A stretch of DNA of 64,000 nt from Candidatus Marinacidobacterales bacterium (GCA_965219415.1 OZ244742.1:1856001-1920000); one strand, 5' to 3'. Counted from the stretch's first letter, positions 9,735 through 20,430 are shown. Made by a program: numbers and translations. The notes: generated by a model not told the origin, from the letters alone.

Positions 9735-11567
9735 ATGGGGTACCGCAGTCTTCGCGAGTGCATCCTCGACCTCGAGCAGAACCGCCACTTGGTCCGGGTG
9801 ACCGAGGAAGTCGATCCGCATCTCGAGATGGCGGAAATCCAGAGACGGGTTTACCAGGCGAAGGGGCCCGCGATTTTTTTCGAGAATGTAAAGAACTGCC
9901 GTTTTGCTGCCGTCTCGAACCTCTTCGGAACACTCGAGCGCAGCCGCTTCTTGTTCCGAGATGCGCTGGACCGCGTGACGCGGATCGTCCAACTGAAGGC
10001 AGATCCCTCCCGCGCGGTACGATCGCCACTTACCTTCCTGGCGTCGCCGTATACGGCGCTGACCTCCTTGCCGATGGAGGTGTCGGGCGGACCGGTGCTC
10101 GAGGAGACGACCACGGTCGACCAGCTACCCCAGATCACAAACTGGCCGGACGATGGTGGTCCGTTCATCACATTGGGCCAGGTCTATACCGAGAACCCCG
10201 ACCGCGGCGGTGTCATGAGCTCGAATCTCGGGATGTACCGAATACAGCTCGCGGGAAATCGGTACCGCGCCGGTAAGGAAGTCGGCCTTCACTACCAAAT
10301 CCACCGAGGAATCGGAGTGCACCACGCTATCGCCGTCCGGCGCGGAGAATCGCTCAACGTGAGCGTTTTCATCGGTGGCCCCCCGGCTCACACACTGGGA
10401 GCGGTGATGCCACTACCGGAGGGGCTTTCCGAGCTCTTGTTCGCCGGAATGCTCGGCGGAAGACGTTTTCGATACACGATGAGGGATGGCTTCGTCATCT
10501 CATCCGACGCAGACTTTTGTATCACCGGGACCATCGACCCGCAGCAAACTCTGCCCGAGGGACCTTTCGGAGATCACCTCGGTTACTACAGCCTCGCGCA
10601 CGACTTCCCGGTCCTCACGGTCGACAAGGTCTATCACCGCAGGAATCCCATCTGGCCATTCACCGTCGTTGGCCGCCCTCCGCAGGAGGACACGTCTTTC
10701 GGAGCACTGATCCATGAGATCACGCAACCGATGGTGCCGGTCGAGCTTCCCGGTGTGAAAGCCATTCACGCGGTGGACGCTGCGGGCGTCCATCCGTTGC
10801 TCCTCGCGATCGGAAGTGAGCGCTACGTCCCCTACGGTGAACGGAGGCCGCAAGAGCTCCTCACCATCGCCAATGCCCTACTCGGCTTCGGGCAATGCTC
10901 GCTGGCTAAGTACTTGTTCATCATTGCCGGTGAAGACGACCCGCAGATGGATATTCACGACATCGAGGCATTTCTTCGCCACATGTTGGAGCGGGTCGAC
11001 TGGACACGAGATCTCCACTTCCAAACCCGCACCACCATCGACACGCTAGATTATTCGGGCAGCGGGCTGAACGCCGGCTCTAAGCTCGTCGTCGCGGCGG
11101 CTGGACGTAAGAAGCGCGAGCTCGCGCACGAACTGCCGTCGCGCCTGGAGCTGCCGGATGGCTATACCGACAACAAGCTAGTGATGCCAGGAGTCCTCGT
11201 CGTGCAGGGACCCCGTTTCTCGGAATACGATCAGGCTACCAAGGAGCTGGAGGCCTTGACCAAGCGTCTCGACAAAGGCAGCGACCTAGAAAGTATCGCG
11301 CTTATCGTTTTGGCCGACGACGCCGAATTCGCCGCGGCGAGCCTACGCAACTTCCTTTGGCTGACGTTTACCCGCTCCAACCCTTCCCATGATATCCATG
11401 GAGTCGGAAGCTTCGTCGAGCACAAACACTGGGGCTGCCGCAAATCCTTGGTCATCGACGCGCGACTCAAGCCGCACCACGCTCCGCCACTCATGGAGGA
11501 GCCCGGTGTCGCGAAGACAGTCGATTCCCTAGCCGCCAAAGGCAAGAGTTTGCACGGGATCTGGTGA
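9735..11567 (+). CDS. UbiD family decarboxylase (long type; possible quinone biosynthesis)
   Basis: DGGPFIT, NLGMYRIQ, PEGPFGDHLGYY, GRPPQED motifs. Confidence 0.9.
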   Translation: MGYRSLRECILDLEQNRHLVRVTEEVDPHLEMAEIQRRVYQAKGPAIFFENVKNCRFAAVSNLFGTLERSRFLFRDALDRVTRIVQLKADPSRAVRSPLTFLASPYTALTSLPMEVSGGPVLEETTTVDQLPQITNWPDDGGPFITLGQVYTENPDRGGVMSSNLGMYRIQLAGNRYRAGKEVGLHYQIHRGIGVHHAIAVRRGESLNVSVFIGGPPAHTLGAVMPLPEGLSELLFAGMLGGRRFRYTMRDGFVISSDADFCITGTIDPQQTLPEGPFGDHLGYYSLAHDFPVLTVDKVYHRRNPIWPFTVVGRPPQEDTSFGALIHEITQPMVPVELPGVKAIHAVDAAGVHPLLLAIGSERYVPYGERRPQELLTIANALLGFGQCSLAKYLFIIAGEDDPQMDIHDIEAFLRHMLERVDWTRDLHFQTRTTIDTLDYSGSGLNAGSKLVVAAAGRKKRELAHELPSRLELPDGYTDNKLVMPGVLVVQGPRFSEYDQATKELEALTKRLDKGSDLESIALIVLADDAEFAAASLRNFLWLTFTRSNPSHDIHGVGSFVEHKHWGCRKSLVIDARLKPHHAPPLMEEPGVAKTVDSLAAKGKSLHGIW

Positions 11568-11577
11568 ATCGCCATAA

Positions 11578-12513
11578 TTGGCGGAAACGCAGGCTGCAAA
11601 CCACGCCCTAGGAGTAAAGTTTTTGACGAAGCCGGGATCGCCCGCGGGTTATGATCGTGACAAGCTCGATCTCTCTTTCGAGTTCTATCCACCCAAGACC
11701 GAGAAGGGCGAGAAGGTCCTCGCCGGGACCGTCGACCGGCTCGCCCAGCTGAATCCGGATTTCGTCTCCGTCACGTTTGGCGCCGGCGGCAGTGTGCGGG
11801 AAGGGACGCTTCAAACCTGTCTCGGTATCGTCAAGCAATCGGGACTCACCACCGCGCCTCATATCTCTTGCGTGGGCTCGACCAGGAAGATTCTGAAGAA
11901 CTACCTCGAGCGCTATCGCGGCGCCGGCTTCAAAAGCCTCTTCGTCTTGCGGGGAGACGTTCCGACTGACAAATCGGCGTCACGAATCGGTGATTTCTCC
12001 CACGCCAACGAGCTGGTGGCCTTCGTCAAGGAGTTCGGAGGGTTCAAGATCAACGTCGGGTGCTATCCGGAGTTTCATCCCGAGTCTCCGGATCCACAGA
12101 GGGACATGGAACACTTCGTTCGCAAGGTGGACGCCGGAGCGGATGTGGCGGTCACCCAGTATTTCTTCAACAACGCTTCCTACTACCGCTTCGTCGAGGA
12201 TGTGCGTCGCATGGGCGTCACGATTCCCATCGTCGTCGGCCTGATGCCCATCGCGAACTATGCTCAGATAGCGAGCTTTTCGGAAAAGTGCGGCGCCGAT
12301 TTGCCTCTTTGGATACGCAAACGCATGGAGGTCTACCAGGACGACCCCCGGTCACAGCTCGAGCTAGGCGTCGAGATCGCGACGGTGCAAGCGGAAGACC
12401 TGCTTCGAAATGGAGCCCCGGGAATCCACTTCTACACGCTCAATAAAGCCGAGGCCTCGGTTCGCGTCTGGGAGCATCTTGGCTTACCCAAGTCTCGAAC
12501 ACCTCGAGGATAA
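11578..12513 (+). CDS. metF: Methylenetetrahydrofolate reductase
   Basis: SFEFYPPK, FVSVTFGAGG, LRGD, YPEFHP, TQYFF, HFYTLN motifs. Start codon uncertain. Confidence 0.95.
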   Translation: MAETQAANHALGVKFLTKPGSPAGYDRDKLDLSFEFYPPKTEKGEKVLAGTVDRLAQLNPDFVSVTFGAGGSVREGTLQTCLGIVKQSGLTTAPHISCVGSTRKILKNYLERYRGAGFKSLFVLRGDVPTDKSASRIGDFSHANELVAFVKEFGGFKINVGCYPEFHPESPDPQRDMEHFVRKVDAGADVAVTQYFFNNASYYRFVEDVRRMGVTIPIVVGLMPIANYAQIASFSEKCGADLPLWIRKRMEVYQDDPRSQLELGVEIATVQAEDLLRNGAPGIHFYTLNKAEASVRVWEHLGLPKSRTPRG

Positions 12514-12592
12514 GGCTGCGCCCATGATAGACTGAGCGCCGAACGGAAATAGCACGTTCGAGAGCCCTCAGCCCACTGATGAAGGAGATCCA

Positions 12593-13024
12593 ATGAAGGT
12601 CGCCACCATCGTTACCAAGCGCGGAACCATTCGCCTACAACTTCACGACGACAAGGCCCCTCGTACGGTCGCCAACTTCGAAAAGCTCGTCGGCGACGGC
12701 TTCTACAACAAGCTCACGTTTCATCGGGTCATTCCCGATTTCATGGTCCAGGCGGGTTGCCCGCAGGGTACCGGAACCGGCGGGCCAGGCTATACCTTCG
12801 AGGACGAGTTTCACTCTGATCTCAAGCACACCGGCCCAGGTGTGCTCTCGATGGCCAATTCCGGCCCCAACACCAACGGCTCTCAGTTCTTCATCACCCA
12901 CGTACCCACGCCTTGGCTGGACGGCAAGCATTCCGTTTTCGGTCAGGTGCTCTCGGGGCAAGAAGTCGTCGATGCGGTCCAACAGGGGGACGTGATGGAG
13001 AGCGTTGCCGTCGCGGAAGAGTAA
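12593..13024 (+). CDS. Cyclophilin-type peptidyl-prolyl cis-trans isomerase
   Basis: [45 protein letters not shown] aaggag. Confidence 0.96.
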   Translation: MKVATIVTKRGTIRLQLHDDKAPRTVANFEKLVGDGFYNKLTFHRVIPDFMVQAGCPQGTGTGGPGYTFEDEFHSDLKHTGPGVLSMANSGPNTNGSQFFITHVPTPWLDGKHSVFGQVLSGQEVVDAVQQGDVMESVAVAEE

Positions 13025-13086
13025 CTCCGAACCAATTCGCTCCTGTTTACCCGGCCGGCCCTTTTCCAATCCTTGAGAAGCCTTCC

Positions 13087-14511
13087 GTGGAAACCGAGAA
13101 CCAGAGCTTGAACACACACCAGAAGGCACTCCGCGTCAACCTCGACAGCAACAAGTACGGAACCTTCGCCGAGATCGGCGCGGGACAAGAAGTCGCACGC
13201 TGGTTCTTCAAAGTCGGGGGAGCCTCGGGGACGATTGCCAAGACCATCAGCGCTTATGATATGGCGTTTAGCGATGCGATTTACGGGACCGCCGATCGTT
13301 ACGTCAGTCGGAGTCGGTTGGTAGCGATGCTGGATCACGAGTACCGGTTGGTCGAAGAGCGATTGCGAGACAAGCGTGGAGAGAGCACCCAGTTCTTCGT
13401 CTTTGCCGACACCGTTACCGCCAGCAGCTATTCGAGGCGAGGTCCCGGTAATGGCTGGCTCGGGGTGCGGTGCTTGATGCAGCCCGGAGCCACTCCCTCT
13501 GAAATCATCATCCACGTACGGTTGCTGGACAAAGACAACCTGCGGCAACAGGAGGCGCTCGGCATCCTGGGCGTCAACCTCGTCTACGGTGCCTTTTATC
13601 TCCATCACGATCCGGGGCTACTACTCGGCTGCTTGCTCGATGGCCTCACGGAAGAGCGGCTGGAAGTGGATATGGTCTCGTTTGGTGGTCCTGCCTTCGA
13701 AGGCGTCGACAACCGGCTCATGAGCTTGCAGTTGGTTCACCGGGGACTCACGGGAGCCGCGATGTTCAACGCCCAGGGTGAGGCGGTGCGGCCGGCGGAC
13801 GTTTGCTATAAAAAGAATGTCCTGGTCGAAAGAGGAAGTTTTCGACCCGTCACCAAGGCCACGCTAGACATGTTTGAACGTGCGCAAAACACGTTCTTCG
13901 CGGAGCCGGGGGTGCGTGAGGACGGGACCGTCGCCATCGCCGAGCTAACGTTGAGAGATCTCGTTCGCAAAGGAGAGATCGACGACGAGGATTTTCTGGA
14001 CCGGGCCGATACGCTCGGCGCCTTGGGGGCAACCGTGCTGATATCCCGCTACGGCCGATACTTTCGCCTCGCGGAGTACCTATTCGCCTTGACCAAGAAG
14101 AAAATCTCCATGGTCATGGGAATTCCAAGCCTGCAGGAGGTCTTCCTAGAAAAATATTACGAGGACCTGGGAGGCGGGATCTTGGAGTCGCTTGGACGCT
14201 TGTTCAAGAACGAACTCAAGCTTTATATCTACCCGGCTATCGACGATACGACTGGGGACGTCATCACGGCGGAGACACTTCAGGTCGAACCCCATTTGCG
14301 GCACCTATATGCCCACCTGTACGAAGATCACGGCATCGAAGACCTAAAGGGGTGCAACCTGAAGTATCTACCGATCTTCCCGGCCGATGTCATGGAAAAG
14401 ATCCAAGACGGCGATCCTTCGTGGGAGGATATGGTCCCTGGCAAGGTCGCCGAGTTAATCAAAGAACGCGGAATGTTCTCTTATTCTGCTTCCCCGGATA
14501 AGAAAAATTAG
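13087..14511 (+). CDS. Conserved cytoplasmic protein with a nucleotidyltransferase-like C-terminal region (function uncertain)
   Basis: 'YGTFAEIGAGQEVARWFF' N-terminal motif, 'RGSFRPVT' and a terminal 'WEDMVP.KVAELIKERGMF' resembling the ends of cytidylyltransferase-fold proteins. Start GTG 13087 inferred. Confidence 0.65.
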   Translation: METENQSLNTHQKALRVNLDSNKYGTFAEIGAGQEVARWFFKVGGASGTIAKTISAYDMAFSDAIYGTADRYVSRSRLVAMLDHEYRLVEERLRDKRGESTQFFVFADTVTASSYSRRGPGNGWLGVRCLMQPGATPSEIIIHVRLLDKDNLRQQEALGILGVNLVYGAFYLHHDPGLLLGCLLDGLTEERLEVDMVSFGGPAFEGVDNRLMSLQLVHRGLTGAAMFNAQGEAVRPADVCYKKNVLVERGSFRPVTKATLDMFERAQNTFFAEPGVREDGTVAIAELTLRDLVRKGEIDDEDFLDRADTLGALGATVLISRYGRYFRLAEYLFALTKKKISMVMGIPSLQEVFLEKYYEDLGGGILESLGRLFKNELKLYIYPAIDDTTGDVITAETLQVEPHLRHLYAHLYEDHGIEDLKGCNLKYLPIFPADVMEKIQDGDPSWEDMVPGKVAELIKERGMFSYSASPDKKN

Positions 14512-14539
14512 AACGGATCGCGAGGGAGTCGTTTCTTCG

Positions 14540-15319
14540 GTGGACGGTGTGCCCATCCGCTATCACGCCGAGGGCGAAGGCGCACCGGCTTTGGTGTTCG
14601 TTCACTGTTGGACGTGTGACTGTCACTTTTGGGACCACCAGGTGGCACACTTCGCGAAACGGTATCGCGTCGTCACCCTGGACCTAGCCGGTCATGGTCA
14701 CTCCGGTCGCAACCGGGAAGACTGGACCATGTCCGCCTTTGGCAACGATGTCCGCGCGGTGATCGACTTCCTGAAATTAGAACGCTTGGTTCTGATCGGA
14801 CACTCGATGGGCGGACCGGTGGTCCTGGAGGCGGCGCGTGGGGTTCCGGAGGAGCGGCTGGCCGGGGTGATCCCCGTCGACTCACTTCACGATCTCAGCG
14901 AGACCTTAGACGCGTCGACCATCGACGAACAGCTTCAGAAATTCAACCGCGACTACAAGCTGGCCACCGCGCGGTTGGTCCGGGAAGTCCTCCTTCTCCC
15001 CTCTTCGGATCCTATGCTCGTCGAGCGGGTCGTCCGGAACGCAACATCGGCGCCGGAGAGGATCGCGATCTCGGCGTTACGAAACGCCTGGGCCTACGAC
15101 GCACGGCAAGCGTTGGGAGGGCTCCGCGCCCCCATGCGAGCCATCAACACCGACCGCTTCCCCACCAACCTGGAGGCGAATCGGCAACTATGCCGCGACT
15201 ACGACGTTGTGATCATGGAGGGCCTGGGTCACTATCCGATGCTGGAAGACCCACAACGCTTCAACCAAGCTCTCGAAAGCGCATTGACGGGGCTCGAGCT
15301 CCGAGCCAACGGAGGTTAA
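14540..15319 (+). CDS. Alpha/beta hydrolase
   Basis: DLAGHG, GHSMGG nucleophile elbow, GHYPMLE. Confidence 0.9.
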   Translation: MDGVPIRYHAEGEGAPALVFVHCWTCDCHFWDHQVAHFAKRYRVVTLDLAGHGHSGRNREDWTMSAFGNDVRAVIDFLKLERLVLIGHSMGGPVVLEAARGVPEERLAGVIPVDSLHDLSETLDASTIDEQLQKFNRDYKLATARLVREVLLLPSSDPMLVERVVRNATSAPERIAISALRNAWAYDARQALGGLRAPMRAINTDRFPTNLEANRQLCRDYDVVIMEGLGHYPMLEDPQRFNQALESALTGLELRANGG

Positions 15320-15322
15320 ACG

Positions 15323-15697
15323 ATGAGATACAGCCTGGCGGCAGTTCTCCTCCTTCTCACATTGGCTTGCGATGAAACGCTGGATCGAAGCTCTACGAAG
15401 CAACCGGCCCCGCGGAAGCAAGAAAGCGAGGAGACCGGCCGGGTCTCGATTAGCGGCAACTCGACCGCCACCGAGGGGGAACCGATCAAACTGACCGCCA
15501 AGGTCACCAACGCAACCGGCAGCCTGGACTACGATTGGAGGCTAGAAGGTCGCGGCTCCTTGGTGAGCCGGCAATCGGATTCGAAGCACGCGACCGTGAT
15601 CGCGTCAAGCTCGGGAACTCTCTTCGTCACCCTGACCGTGTCCGAGAACGGCGTCGAAATCGGCAGTGCCCGCTTAACTCTCAGGAGCACCGACTGA
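15323..15697 (+). CDS. Small lipoprotein with Ig/PKD-like domain
   Basis: Lipobox LTLAC, RBS ggagg, beta-rich 'YDW..TLFVTLTV'. Confidence 0.65.
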   Translation: MRYSLAAVLLLLTLACDETLDRSSTKQPAPRKQESEETGRVSISGNSTATEGEPIKLTAKVTNATGSLDYDWRLEGRGSLVSRQSDSKHATVIASSSGTLFVTLTVSENGVEIGSARLTLRSTD

Positions 15698-17243
15698 GCC
15701 TTCGGCGAGCGAGAGCTCTTGCTCGATTCCCACGACCGATCGTCCATTGCTGTTTCGCAGATAAACTTCGACCGCTTTGTTCCAGTTAGGCTCCTTTTCG
15801 CTCCGGGTACGGATGCGAACCATAAGGTAGTCCGCGCGGGTCTTCCCCACGGGGGGAATCGGGAGGCTCGGCTCGACCGACTCCCCTGACTCCCCTTTCA
15901 GGCCCAGCGGCGTGGCCTTCGAAGCCGCGTTATCGAACACGAACCACTCGTATTCGTAGGCTTGGACGTCCGCCAGGCCCTCACCTAGATTCCGAAATTC
16001 GAGCCTCGAACCGTTCACGCGGAAGCCATCCAAGGGGTTCAGCTGCCGAAAGTAGTGGGCGACTATCTTGTCACGACGCTGAATGATGATATCGGCGAGA
16101 AAACGCTCCGACTCGGGGTTCAGGTAGATCCCCCGGTGAACGATGGCACGGCGAACTGGGGGTAGGAATATTTCACGCTCATCCAAGGCCGTTCCCAGAC
16201 GCCGAATGTGTAGGCCGTCTTCAGCATCGGCGGGATCTCCAGCAAGTATTCGTTACCCGCCCGAGGATCTTGAGGCGAGATGTTTCGCTTGACGTCGGAG
16301 CCGCTACCCAGAATCGAACCGAAGTCGATTGAGATAATGTTTCACGAAACCGGAGCCTTCCTCCTGGACAAAACTATCCATCGTGTTGATGCTTCGGGAA
16401 TCGTCGTGATTGAGCCAGGCACAGAAGACCCGGTAGCCGCGAAGCTCTCGGCGGTGCTGGTGCGGGAAGATGTCGTTGCCATCGTCGCTTCGCGTCCCGT
16501 AAAACTAGAACGGCCCGAGAAGTTTACCCGGAAGCATGAGACTCGCGACGGCACGGATGCTGCCATCCGGATGGTGAGCCACCTGCTCGAGCATGAACTC
16601 GACGTACTCCTCGTCGAGGGGTGCCTTCTTACCGCCGGACAGCGATACCTCGGCACCCGCTTCGATCGAAAAGTCTTCGGGCCGAAAATAGACGATGTAG
16701 TTCTCCGGCACGTTGTAGCCAAAGGCGTGGAAAAACAATTTGCCGATGACGTCCACCGAGGTGGACAAGTTGGGATCAGCTCTCGGATCGAACTTGATGA
16801 AGTAGACGTTGCCGCGGCGATCTCGGGCGATGCCCCCGGGAGTGATCCCACCTTGCTTTCCGGACGTGATCGTCATTGGCTCCGAAAGATCGGGACGGCC
16901 GACTCGGTTGGGTCCGCGAAGCAACTCTTCAATGGCCAGGGTGCGGACCCCCATGCGGTTGGTGAACCAGCTGGAGTCGGGGACTTGGGCGATCGTGTTG
17001 ACGTTCATCGCCCTCGGAACAGGTCCCTCGAGTTTGTTCACGAAGGAATTTTCCAAAATGTCGTAAGTAGGGCTGAGCTCTAGCTCTGCTGGCTCAGGGA
17101 TGGGTAGATTGTCCCGGTCCCGGTTTTCCTTGATCGGGTCATCGGGATAAAACTTCTGAGCGTGAACGACGGCCGCCGGTGAGAACAATCGCGAGCCCCG
17201 CCACTGCTACAGGCTCGATAAGGCGAATCGATCTCATTACCAT
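15674..17243 (-). pseudogene. Secreted protein with atypical kinase-like motifs; multiple lesions
   Basis: Reconstructed: signal peptide, frameshift ~17180, QKFYPDDP...YFIKFDP, in-frame TAG at 16505-16507, WLNHDDSRSIN, frameshift ~16330, IDFGS, apparent internal deletion ~16150, then the C-terminal ORF ending at 15674. Confidence 0.7.
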
Positions 17244-17247
17244 CTCC

Positions 17248-17535
17248 TCAAAAGGAAGCCGACGAACGAAAGAGAAAACGCCAGGTCTCATCACTCCAGG
17301 CCACATCCATCCTGATAAGCACAGACTGAAAGTTCTTGAAACGAAGGCCAAAGCCGTAATCCCACTTGAGAGTGGAGAAGTCCAAGTCTCCCCGGGGTGC
17401 GCTCACCGTACCGGTATCGGCAAATAGGGCGAGCTCCCATATCTGATTGGCCTCCCATCGGTACTCCAACTGGTAGAGCATCGCCTTCGGCCCTTGGAAG
17501 CGAAAGCTATTGAAACCCCGCAGCGTGTGGCTTCC
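17248..17535 (-). pseudogene. C-terminal fragment of an Omp85 (BamA/TamA-like) outer-membrane protein
   Basis: SHTLRGF..FRF motif, 'LEYRW', 'YGFGLR' and terminal Phe. The 5' part is replaced by a histidine kinase fragment. Confidence 0.75.
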
Positions 17536-17881
17536 CCTGTCTTACTCTTCTCGAGGATCTCATCAATCCTCCTACTACATCGGTCCATGTTGTCCATGGT
17601 ACTTTTGAACGCACCAACTGGAGTATTGATTTCATGACCAACGCCGGCGGTAAGTTTTCCAAGTGCCGCCATCTTTTCAGATTGAACCAATTGGGCCTGC
17701 GTTTCGCGAATTTCTTTTGTTTTTTCGGCTACCTGAATCTCAAGTTTTTTCCTTTTGGGCTTCAATATTTCTTATCCTCATTCTATACGAGCCAATACGA
17801 GCCAAACGCAATTCCCAGTACGGAAGCTGGACTTGACCCGCTTTCGTGGACACCTAATCCTTTGGGAGACAGGAGTCCACG

Positions 17882-18196
17882 ATGTCAAAGCAGGGAAACA
17901 GATACGCGGCCGAATTCCGGCGCCAAATGGTAGAGCTGGTGCGAGCTGGCCGCGGCTCCGAAGAGCTGGCGCGAGAGTTTGAGCCCTCGGGCCAGACGAT
18001 CCGTAACTGGGTGAACCAGGCGGATCTCGACGAGGGTCGCAGGCAGGACGGTCTGACGAGTGAGGAGCGTGCGGAACTCCGCCGCCTGCGACGGGAGAAC
18101 CGTCAACTACGGTTGGAGCGGGAGATCCTCTCAAAAGCCGCGGCCTGGTTCGCTCGGGAGACCGAGTCGGTACCACCGAAGCCTTCCGATTCGTGA
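17882..18196 (+). CDS. IS3 transposase OrfA
   Basis: HTH 'ELAREF..TIRNWV', leucine zipper, 'EREILSKAAAWFA'. Confidence 0.9.
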   Translation: MSKQGNRYAAEFRRQMVELVRAGRGSEELAREFEPSGQTIRNWVNQADLDEGRRQDGLTSEERAELRRLRRENRQLRLEREILSKAAAWFARETESVPPKPSDS

Positions 18197-19044
18197 GGGC
18201 GAACCAGGATTCACTACCGGTTGCCACGATGTGCCGACTGCTGGACGTCTCCGCCAGCGGCTACTATGCGTGGCTTGAGCGTGCCCCGTCGGCCCGCGCG
18301 GTGTCGGATGCGGAGTTGCTTGAGAAGATCCGGGCGATTCACACCGCGTCGCGGAGCACGTACGGCGCGCCGAGGATCCTCCACGAGCTACGAGAGACAC
18401 ACGAGCTCCACGTCTCACGCAAGCGTGTAGCGCGGCTAATGCGCGAGGCTGGCATTCAAGGTGTTCACCGGCGCAAGAGGGCGCACACTACGATTCGCTG
18501 TGACGACGCCCGTCCCGCCCCCGATCTCGTCGACAGGAATTTCGAGGTGGACCGGCCCGACCGCCTGTGGGTCGCCGATATCACCTACGTGCCCACGTGG
18601 TCGGGCTTCTTGTTCCTCGCCGTCGTGCTGGACGCCTTCAGCCGACGCATCGTCGGATGGGCAATGGCTACCCACCTGCGGACGTCGCTCGTCTTGAGCG
18701 CCCTCGACATGGCGCTGTTCCAACGCAAGCCCGGCGACGTCATCCATCACTCGGACCAGGGCACGCAGTACACGTCACTAGCGTTCGGCCAGCGATGCCG
18801 GGAGGCCGGGGTGCGACCGTCGATGGGTTCGGTCGGGGACTGTTACGACAATGCGATGTGCGAGAGCTTCTTCGCGACGCTCGAGTGCGAGCTGATCGAG
18901 CGCCGGTCGTTTCGCTACCACGCTGAGGCGCGCATGGCGACCTTCGATTTCATCGAAGGCTGGTACAACCCGCGACGACGACACTCCGCCATCGACTATT
19001 GCTCGCCTATCCAATTCGAAAGGAGGTACTATCGCGACGCTTGA
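18193..19044 (+). CDS. IS3 transposase OrfB (DDE)
   Basis: WVADITY, HHSDQGTQY, DNAMCESFF, YNPRRRHS. Confidence 0.92.
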   Translation: MRANQDSLPVATMCRLLDVSASGYYAWLERAPSARAVSDAELLEKIRAIHTASRSTYGAPRILHELRETHELHVSRKRVARLMREAGIQGVHRRKRAHTTIRCDDARPAPDLVDRNFEVDRPDRLWVADITYVPTWSGFLFLAVVLDAFSRRIVGWAMATHLRTSLVLSALDMALFQRKPGDVIHHSDQGTQYTSLAFGQRCREAGVRPSMGSVGDCYDNAMCESFFATLECELIERRSFRYHAEARMATFDFIEGWYNPRRRHSAIDYCSPIQFERRYYRDA

Positions 19045-19570
19045 TCCCTAACTCTTAACCTGTCCACGAAAGCGGGGTCACTTCAAAGCAGCTGCGACAA
19101 TTCTAAACCACCAGGTCTGTCAAAATGGGGGGGTAATGGTTATCTCTAAGGACGTTCCTTCCTCATTCCACACCCCATCACTGTTCGAGCCCCTAACCCG
19201 AAAAACGTACTGTCCAGGATCTAAATTCGTGTAGGTGCTGAATCGCCGGGCCCCTGATTGGATCCAATCATCGTCGAAACCTTCCATCGTATACGCGTAT
19301 TGATTCTTGGCTGGATTCGTATAGTGCAAGGCAGCAAACTCGAACGAAAAGACGTTCTCTTCATGGGAGAGAACAATCTCCTCGGTTTCGGTAATATGCT
19401 TTTCTAGGAGTGAATCGGGATCGGTCCCTAAGGCTACCGATTGATTGAATATCAGAAAATCAGTAATAACGATCGGTGGAGCATGGGGGTTACCTTCGAC
19501 GCTGTCAGGATAAAAAGCATTGAAGCCATTGACGCCCCCGAAAAACACTTCGCCACTTATTCGACTCTTG

Positions 19571-20430
19571 TGAACCGCCCCGGGTTTTCCGGAGACTGTT
19601 TTAGTTGAGTCTCGCCATCTCCAGCGAGCCTTCCTGCGACCGATAGTAGTTCATCTCGTACTCGACGGGGGCGACATTTCCGATCGGCTCCAAGAGTCGT
19701 TGCGTGTTGTACCAATGCACCCACTCGAGGGTGGCGAACTCAACGTCTTCGAGACCACGCCAGGGCCCACGTCGACGGATCACCTCGGTCTTGTAGAGGC
19801 CGATGATGGATTCAGCCAAAGCGTTATCGTAAGAGTCGCCTCGGCTGCCGACGGACGGCTCAATGCCCGCCTCGGCGAGCCGCTCGGTGTAACGGGTCGA
19901 GACGTACTGCACGCCGCGATCGCTGTGATGCACCAATGGATCTTCTGGGTTTAGTCGGCGCTCGTGCAGCGCCTGCTCCAACGCATCGAGAGCGATGCCG
20001 GCAGTCAACGATGTCGTCGCTCGCCAACCGACGATGAGTCGAGCGAAGACGTCGATGACGAAGGCGACATACACGAAGCCGCGCCACGTGGCGATGTAGG
20101 TCAGGTCCGAAACCCAGAGCTCGTTCGGGCGTGTGGCGTTGAAGTCGCGCTCCACGAGGTCCATCGGGCGAGCGCCGCTCGAATCCGGCTTCGTCGTCTT
20201 GAATCGACGTCCACGGACCGCCCCCTGGAGACCCATTTCACGCATCAGACGGGCCACCGTGCATCGAGCCACGTCGCGGCCCTCACGGCACAGCTGACGC
20301 CAGACCTTGCGCACGCCATACACGTCAAAGTTATCTTGCCGTACACCACGAATCTCGCCGCGGAGTTGGACGTCGCGCTTCGCTCTCGCTGGCTGGCGGC
20401 TTGGGTCCTTCTCTCTCGCTTTCTGCTCGT
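19571..20430 (-). mobile_element. Truncated copy of a second IS3-family element (OrfB and right IR only)
   Basis: Near-identical to the right part of 27352-28668. IR TGAACCGCCCCGGGTTTTCCGGAGACT at 19571; identity ends at ~20430. Confidence 0.9.

Larger units (their letters stand above)
17828..19085 (+). mobile_element. IS3-family insertion sequence (1258 bp) with 4-bp target duplication AAGC
   Basis: TG...CA ends with imperfect IRs sharing CCCGCTTTCGTGGACA. AAGC at 17824-17827 and 19086-19089. Confidence 0.93.
17536..19570 (-). pseudogene. Sensor histidine kinase remnant (propeller/Y_Y_Y domain, TM, HisKA), interrupted by IS3 and truncated at both ends
   Basis: Y_Y_Y-type 'YTNLDPGQYVFRVRGSNSDGVWN', then PPF(TGA)QTWWF, IS insertion, 10-bp duplication, and 'LVQSEKMAALGKLTAGVGHEINTP' H-box. 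Confidence 0.82.

Noticed and set aside
16280-17083. 267-aa plus-strand ORF and similar long antisense ORFs (e.g. 6399-7157, 32834-33589, 35044-35811, 39470-40213)
   Set aside because: These are shadow ORFs opposite recognisable genes in GC-rich DNA and show no family motifs.
16505-19122. In-frame TAG (16505) and TGA (19120) as pyrrolysine, selenocysteine or an alternative genetic code
   Set aside because: Both genes carry further frameshifts, deletions or IS insertions, and intact genes in the window use TAG and TGA as normal stops.
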